Sequence record: CP138594.1
Strand: one strand, 5' to 3'
DNA length: 32,000 bases
The position numbers were made by a program, and so were the translations under genes. Within the stretch, counting starts at the first letter, position 1. The number at the start of each line of letters is the position of its first letter. Under the pieces are notes generated by a model. The model saw nothing but the letters and a program-made list of their open reading frames with translations. It did not search any database and was not told where the DNA came from. Of this stretch, positions 26,115 to 32,000 are shown in pieces.

Positions 26115-26187
26115 AAGGCTATAGCTTAATTGGTAGAGCAAACTGCTCATGATAGTTTAGATGAATGTTCAAATCATTCTGGCCTTA
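26115..26187 (+). tRNA. trnM: tRNA with anticodon CAU (elongator Met or lysidine-modified Ile reading AUA)
   Basis: Acceptor aaggcta/tggcctt, D stem gctt/gagc, anticodon stem aactg/tagtt with loop ctCATga, T arm gaatg-ttcaaat-cattc. Confidence 0.85.
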
Positions 26188-26220
26188 TCGTTGTAATAAA
26201 TAACTATATTTATAAATAAA

Positions 26221-26303
26221 ATCCGAGTGCTGGAATTGGTAGACAGGGCGAACTTAAGATTCGCTGATTTAATATCGTAAACGTTCAAGTCGTTTCTCGG
26301 ATA
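26221..26303 (+). tRNA. trnL: tRNA-Leu (UAA), class II
   Basis: Perfect acceptor atccgag/ctcggat, anticodon stem gcgaa/ttcgc with loop ctTAAga, long variable arm, T arm aaacg-ttcaagt-cgttt. Confidence 0.9.
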
Positions 26304-26370
26304 TGTTGATTAATTTTTAACAAGATGTTTGAAGGTTGTACTAATCAGTAATAAAACTAAGAAAAAATAA

Positions 26371-26595
<225 letters not shown>

Positions 26596-26641
26596 TATGT
26601 AATATCAACTAATATTATTAAAATTAATAAAAAAAAAAAAA

Positions 26642-26715
26642 GACCCTATAGACAAGTTCGGTTAAGTCATGACATTTTCATTGTTACAACCAGGGTTCGA
26701 GTCCCTGTGGGGTTA
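26642..26715 (+). tRNA. trnE: tRNA-Glu (UUC)
   Basis: Acceptor gacccta/tggggtt (two G-U), anticodon stem tgaca/tgtta with loop ttTTCat, T arm caggg-ttcgagt-ccctg. Confidence 0.85.
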
Positions 26716-26764
26716 ACCTATATATAAGACCGTAAAAAATATGTATATTAATATATAATTAGTA

Positions 26765-26836
26765 GGGGATATAGTTTAACTGGTAAAACTGCGATTTTGC
26801 ATATCGTTATTTTAGGATCGAGTCCTAATATCTCCA
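26765..26836 (+). tRNA. trnA: tRNA-Ala (UGC)
   Basis: Acceptor ggggata/tatctcc including a G3-U70 pair, D stem gttt/aaac, anticodon loop ttTGCat, T arm ttagg-atcgagt-cctaa. Confidence 0.88.
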
Positions 26837-26839
26837 TAA

Positions 26840-26913
26840 GCTCGAGAAGCTCAACCCGGTAGAGCGGAACTCTGAAGATGTTTAGGTTGTAAGTTCAAAT
26901 CTTATCTCGAGCA
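26840..26913 (+). tRNA. trnF: tRNA-Phe (GAA)
   Basis: Perfect acceptor gctcgag/ctcgagc, D stem gctc/gagc, anticodon loop ctGAAga, T arm gtaag-ttcaaat-cttat. Confidence 0.88.
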
Positions 26914-26947
26914 TTTATGTTTTAATTAATATAGTATGTACATATTA

Positions 26948-27030
26948 ATAGGTATGCTGAAATTGGTAGACAGTTTCCACTTAGGATGGAATGGAGTTAA
27001 TCCGTGCAAGTTCGAATCTTGTTACCTATA
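26948..27030 (+). tRNA. trnL: tRNA-Leu (UAG), class II
   Basis: Perfect acceptor ataggta/tacctat, anticodon stem ttcca/tggaa with loop ctTAGga, long variable arm, T arm gcaag-ttcgaat-cttgt. Confidence 0.9.
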
Positions 27031-27073
27031 AATATATGTATAATAAGATATGTATTTAATTAACATAACATTA

Positions 27074-27146
27074 TATGTTGTGGACTAATCGGTAAGTCAT
27101 AAATTTTTGGTATTTAACATTGAGTGTTCGAATCACTCCAACATAA
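27074..27146 (+). tRNA. trnQ: tRNA-Gln (UUG)
   Basis: Perfect acceptor tatgttg/caacata, D stem gact/agtc, anticodon stem taaat/attta with loop ttTTGgt, T arm gagtg-ttcgaat-cactc. Confidence 0.9.
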
Positions 27147-27147
27147 A

Positions 27148-27221
27148 GGTGGTTGTAGCTCAATCGGTAGAGCAACTGTATGTGGCACAGTAGGTTCTCT
27201 GTTCAACTCAGGGCATCCACC
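27148..27221 (+). tRNA. trnH: tRNA-His (GUG) with genomically encoded G-1
   Basis: G at 27148 precedes acceptor gtggttg/catccac (1 mismatch). D stem gctc/gagc, anticodon stem actgt/acagt with loop atGTGgc, T arm ctctg-ttcaact-caggg. Its last 2 nt correspond to window positions 1-2. Confidence 0.86.
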
Positions 27222-27261
27222 CTGATATTTATATGATAAATAGTAAAACATTTAATTTATA

Positions 27262-27333
27262 GCCCAAGTAGTTCAATGGTTAGAACGTTAATTTCATGCA
27301 TTAATAATGGGAATTCGAATTTCCCCTTCGGCT
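27262..27333 (+). tRNA. trnM: tRNA (CAU), repeat copy of 43..114
   Basis: Same sequence at offset +27219. Confidence 0.85.
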
Positions 27334-27501
27334 CGTCTATAATAACACGCTTAATACTTTATATCTAATATACCTAAACTTTCAATATTATAACATAACA
27401 TAATATAATTTTTTTAGTACACTAAAAAAAAATTATATTAAAAGGTAATAGAAATAAATTCGGTATTTATAAAACAGCACTATTGTTATTTTTATACTTT
27501 A

Positions 27502-27574
27502 AAGGGATTAGCTTAATTGGTAGAGCAACCGTTTTACACACGGTAGGTTAGGTGTTCAAATCACCTATTCCTTA
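27502..27574 (+). tRNA. trnV: tRNA-Val (UAC), repeat copy of 283..355
   Basis: Same sequence at offset +27219. Confidence 0.9.
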
Positions 27575-27633
27575 TAATTATATGTATATAATAAGATATA
27601 GTTTTATAACCATATAAGAAAAGTAAATAACAA

Positions 27634-27903
27634 ATGAGTTTATCATTAATACTATTTTTAATAGGAGTTTTAGGTTTTGTTTTAAACAGAAAAAATATTA
27701 TACTAATGCTTATATCTATTGAAATTATGTTATTAGCTATTACGTTTATGATATTAGTGAGTTCACTTAACTTTGATGATATCTTAGGACAAGTTTATGC
27801 AATATATATTATAGCAATAGCTGGAGCAGAATCGGCAATAGGTTTAGGAATTTTAGTAGCATTCTATAGATTAAGAGGAAGCATTTCAATAGAATTTAAA
27901 TAA
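27634..27903 (+). CDS. nad4L: NADH dehydrogenase subunit 4L, repeat copy
   Basis: ORF-track protein is identical to 415..684. Confidence 0.95.
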   Translation: MSLSLILFLIGVLGFVLNRKNIILMLISIEIMLLAITFMILVSSLNFDDILGQVYAIYIIAIAGAESAIGLGILVAFYRLRGSISIEFK

Positions 27904-30900
27904 TGTATCTAGTTATGATTGCATTACCTTTATTAGGTTCAATAGCTTCTGGTTTTTTCGGTAGAAAAATAGGTGTAACAGGATCACATTTAATAGCATG
28001 TACTGCTGTATTAACAACGACATTTATTGCTATATTAGCATTTAATGAAGTTGGTTTAAATAATACACCTGTGTCTATTAACTTATTTAGATGAATAGAT
28101 TCAGAGTCATTAGACGTATCTTGAAGTTTTCATTTTGATTCTTTAACTGTTTCTATGCTTATACCTGTGTTAGTGGTTTCTTCTTTAGTTCACATATATT
28201 CCATAGGATATATGAGTCACGATCCACACAACCAAAGATTCTTTAGTTACTTGAGTTTATTTACATTTATGATGATAATACTTGTGACATCAAACAATTA
28301 CTTGTTAATGTTTGTAGGTTGAGAAGGAGTTGGTGTGTGTTCATATTTATTAGTTAGTTTCTGATTCACTAGAATAGCAGCTAACCAAAGTTCTATCTCT
28401 GCTTTCTTAACTAATAGAGTAGGAGATTGTTTCTTAACTATAGGTATGTTTGCCATATTATGATCCTTTGGTAATATAGACTATGCCACAGTTTTTTCTA
28501 TGGCACCTTTTGTCAGTGAAAATATTGTTATACTTATAGGTACTTGTTTATTAATTGGTGCTATGGCTAAAAGTTCTCAAATAGGTTTACATGTTTGACT
28601 TCCAATGGCGATGGAAGGCCCCACTCCTGTGTCAGCATTAATACACGCTGCTACTATGGTTACTGCTGGGGTATATTTACTTATGCGTAGTTCTCCTTTA
28701 ATAGAGTACAGTAACACTGTATTACTTTTATGTTTATGAATAGGAGCTATTACTACTGTATTTAGTTCTCTTATAGGTTTATTTCAACAAGATATAAAGA
28801 AAGTTATTGCATATTCCACAATGAGTCAATTGGCTCGAGAATATACTTCTCATTCAAGTATATTCAGGCATCAAACTATATGCGTAGAAGCTATATACTA
28901 TATAGCCAATTCGCAGATAACCAAAGCTCGTGATTATTTATACAAATATCACTATAATTTCAAGTTTTTTAATTCATCTATCATTATAAGATTACGCTCC
29001 AACATTCTATGTGAGTTAATAAGATGAAAATTTGATATTATCAGTAAGTTAGTAGGAATCTCAGAGGCCATACGTTTGATATTAATCTTTATTAAATTAA
29101 AATTGATTGATTTAATACCTAAATTACCTTTCTTTAAACAACATTGCTTTATAAATAAAGTTACCATTTCACATAAGCTACCTTTATTAAATAGAAATAC
29201 ATTAATATTTAGTAGAAACATGTCTACATATACTGGAAATCCAAGTAATAAGAATAAAGATTCCAATGATATTGCATTTAAACAGTGATTAGCTGGATTA
29301 ATTGATGGAGATGGTTACTTTTTACTGTCTAAAAATGGATATAATAGTTGTGAAATAACTATGGACACTAGAGATAAAAAAGTTTTATATTTAATACAAC
29401 ATAAATATGGAGGGTCTGTAAAACAAGTTTCTAATGCTAATGCATTTAAATACAAATTAAGAAATAGAGCAGGTTTAATAGCATTAATAAACGATATAAA
29501 CGGATTAATTAGAAATCCTACACGTTTATTACAAATTAATAAACTCTGTAATAAGTTTAATATAGAATTAAAATATGCAAATGATATTATATTTAACGAC
29601 GGATGATTTAGTGGTTTTATAGATAGTGATGGTTCAGTTTATTTTAATGAATCATCTGGTCAAGTATTTATTAGTATTACCCAAAAAAATAAATATTTAC
29701 TGGAACCTCTAATACATATATATGGAGGAAGAGTAGATATATCTAGCCCTAAGATAGAATCATTTAAATATGTTGTATATAGAAAGGCTGAGTTGTTTAA
29801 CTTAATAGATAATTATTTTAATAAATATCCTCTAAGAACAGAAAAAATGAAAAGAGTAAACTTAATAAAACAATTTTATTTATCTAGGGTATCTAAAAAT
29901 AACAGCGATGTTGTAAAGTTTAATGAGTGAATTAAATTTAAAGATAAGTGGGAAAAGTATGAAGATTAATAAAGAAATGGTCCACATTACGTCATATTAC
30001 TTATGATAGTAATTTAGCAATTGGGAATGATGGTTATAGCAGTTGGTTTATCTTCATATAATGTAGCATTATTCCACTTAGTAAACCATGCTTTCTATAA
30101 AGGTCTTTTATTCTTAGGAGCTGGTGCAGTTATACACGCTGTAGCAGATAACCAAGATTTCAGAAAATATGGAGGTTTAAAAGCTTTCTTACCTTTAACA
30201 TACTCAGTTATGTTAATAGCTTCATTAAGTTTAGTTGCATTCCCGTTCATGACAGGTTTTTACTCTAAAGATTTTATTTTAGAATCTGCATATGGTCAAT
30301 ATTCTTTCTCTAGTACAGTAGTTTACTTTATAGCTGTTATAGGTGCTATGTTTACTACTTTATACTCAGTTAAAGTTTTATATCTTACTTTCTTAGCTGA
30401 GCCTAATGGACCTTTAAGTAGTTACAAACATGCTCATGAAGGAGATATATTTATGAGTACACCATTAATTATATTAGCTGTTTTCTCTATATTCTTTGGT
30501 TATATAACTAAAGATATGTTTATAGGATTAGGTTCTCATTTCTTCTCTGATAATGCTTTATTTATACATCCTTCTCATGAAATTATGTTAGACACAGAAT
30601 TTGCAGTTCCTACAATATTTAAAATACTTCCTTTAATATTAACAATATCTTTAAGTATTATAGCTATTGTTATTTCTGAATACCTTCCTAAAACTTTAAT
30701 ACAATTTAAATTAACTAGATTAGGTTATAATATATTCGGTTACTTTAACCAACGTTTCCTTATTGAAATGTTCTATAACAAATATATAACAGATTTAGTG
30801 TTAAAATTAGGTGGTCAAACAACTAAAGTTATAGATAAAGGATCTATAGAATTAATTGGACCATTTGGATTAGAAAAAGGATTAACAACATTAAGTAGAA

Positions 30901-31070
30901 ATATATCTAAATTGGACACAGGAGTTATTACATCATATGCATTATACATATTAGTAGGTTTAACTTTCTTTATATTAATACCTTACCTATGTACTATAGA
31001 TAATAACTTATTAATACTAATAGTATTTGGACTATTGTCTCTTACAAATAGTGTAAAGTCACGTAGTTAA
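27903..31070 (+). CDS. nad5: NADH dehydrogenase subunit 5, repeat copy; exons 27903..28832 and 30024..31070
   Basis: ORF-track pieces are identical to the first copy at +27219. Confidence 0.93.
28833..29969 (+). CDS. Intron-encoded LAGLIDADG endonuclease, repeat copy
   Basis: Offset +27219 from 1614..2750; ORF-track pieces are identical. Confidence 0.88.
28833..30023 (+). mobile_element. Group I intron in nad5, repeat copy
   Basis: Offset +27219 from 1614..2804. Confidence 0.85.
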
Positions 31071-31164
31071 TAATAATAAAAAAAAATTTTTTATCTTCAC
31101 TCTTTAACGAATATTAATCATTTATCATACTGTTTAATAAAGACAAATATTAATTAATTTATTT

Positions 31165-31788
31165 ATGTCTTTATATTTATTAAATGAAACCATGACTAAT
31201 GGTTTAAGTTATAGTTTTGTAAATGTAATATCTATTTTATCTGTACTATGCGGTATACTTGTTATAATAAGTAAAAATCCTATAGTATCAGTGTTATATT
31301 TAATAGGTTTATTTCTTACTATAGCAGGTTATTTAATGATGTTAGGTATGAATTTTATTGGACTATCTTATTTATTAGTTTATGTAGGAGCAGTTTCTAT
31401 ATTATTTTTATTCATATTAATGTTAATAAATGTTAGAATATCTGAACTTACAAGTGATAGTAGTAATAGTATACCTTTAGCTATATCAATTGGAGTTTTA
31501 TATTATGTAACTTTATTTGATTTAGTACCATCTAACACAGTAAATGCTGACTTAGTATATCTAGAAAAATTCCCTAGTGATAGATCTCCATATTTCCTTG
31601 ATAATAGTGACATGTCTTTTGTTACTTCTCAAGTATGAGACGGAGCACTTACAGAAATGACTCACATAACAAGTATTGGTAATGTTATATATACTAGTTA
31701 CCCTATGTGACTTATATTAACATCATTAATACTTTTATTAGCGATGGTGGGAGCAATAGTTATAACAATTAAACAAAAAGCTATATAA
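31165..31788 (+). CDS. nad6: NADH dehydrogenase subunit 6, repeat copy
   Basis: Offset +27219 from 3946..4569. Confidence 0.9.
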
Positions 31789-31818
31789 AAATACATGTGT
31801 ATAATAAATTTATACATA

Positions 31819-31890
31819 GAGAGCTTAGCTTAATGGTAAAGCATATGACTTTTAATCATTATAATATGAGTTCGAATCTCATAGCTCTTA
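31819..31890 (+). tRNA. trnK: tRNA-Lys (UUU), repeat copy
   Basis: Offset +27219 from 4600..4671. Confidence 0.88.
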
Positions 31891-32000
31891 TTTGATCATA
31901 ATTTATGATCAATAACAAAAATTGTAAATACAATAGTTATATGATAAAAACAAAAGTATATTATATAAAAATATGATATAAATGAGTTTTAAAGTTATAT

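Larger units (their letters stand above)
27220..32000. repeat. Second copy of 1..4781 (overrun of the 27,219-bp unit, truncated by the window end just before rns)
   Basis: All ORF-track entries from 27634 to 31638 are identical in sequence and spacing to those at 415..4419 (offset 27219). Confidence 0.9.

Overview
This window is a complete, AT-rich fungal mitochondrial genome plus an overrun, not a chromosomal or prokaryotic locus. It must be read with genetic code 4: TGA is Trp, and a tRNA-Trp with anticodon UCA is present. All eight ORF-track entries in 415..4419 recur at +27219, and spot checks agree. So 27220..32000 repeats 1..4781, and the unit is a 27,219-bp circle or concatemer. Each unit carries 14 OXPHOS genes (nad1-6, nad4L, cob, cox1-3, atp6, atp8, atp9), rns, rnl and 25 tRNAs covering all 20 amino acids. 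It also has four group I introns, in nad5, cob, cox2 and cox1. Each intron holds an uninterrupted homing-endonuclease ORF fused in frame to the upstream exon: three LAGLIDADG and one GIY-YIG. I find no rps3 and no rnpB, and rnl has no intron. Genes form two opposed blocks. The plus block runs rnl -> atp9 -> nad4L-nad5-nad6 -> rns -> atp8-atp6-cob and holds 24 tRNAs. The minus block runs cox1 -> trnR -> cox2 -> cox3 -> nad1 -> nad4 -> nad2 -> nad3. There is one divergent spacer (22455..22754) and one convergent spacer (11095..11160). I see no novel multi-gene system. The points worth a second look are the wrap-around, the strand-switch spacers and their structures, a cox1 with no in-frame ATG, TGG restricted to intron ORFs, and the related cox1 and cox2 introns. 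CDS coordinates are anchored to the ORF track and frame arithmetic. tRNA ends (+/-2 nt) and rRNA ends (+/-30 nt) come from folding and alignment by eye.
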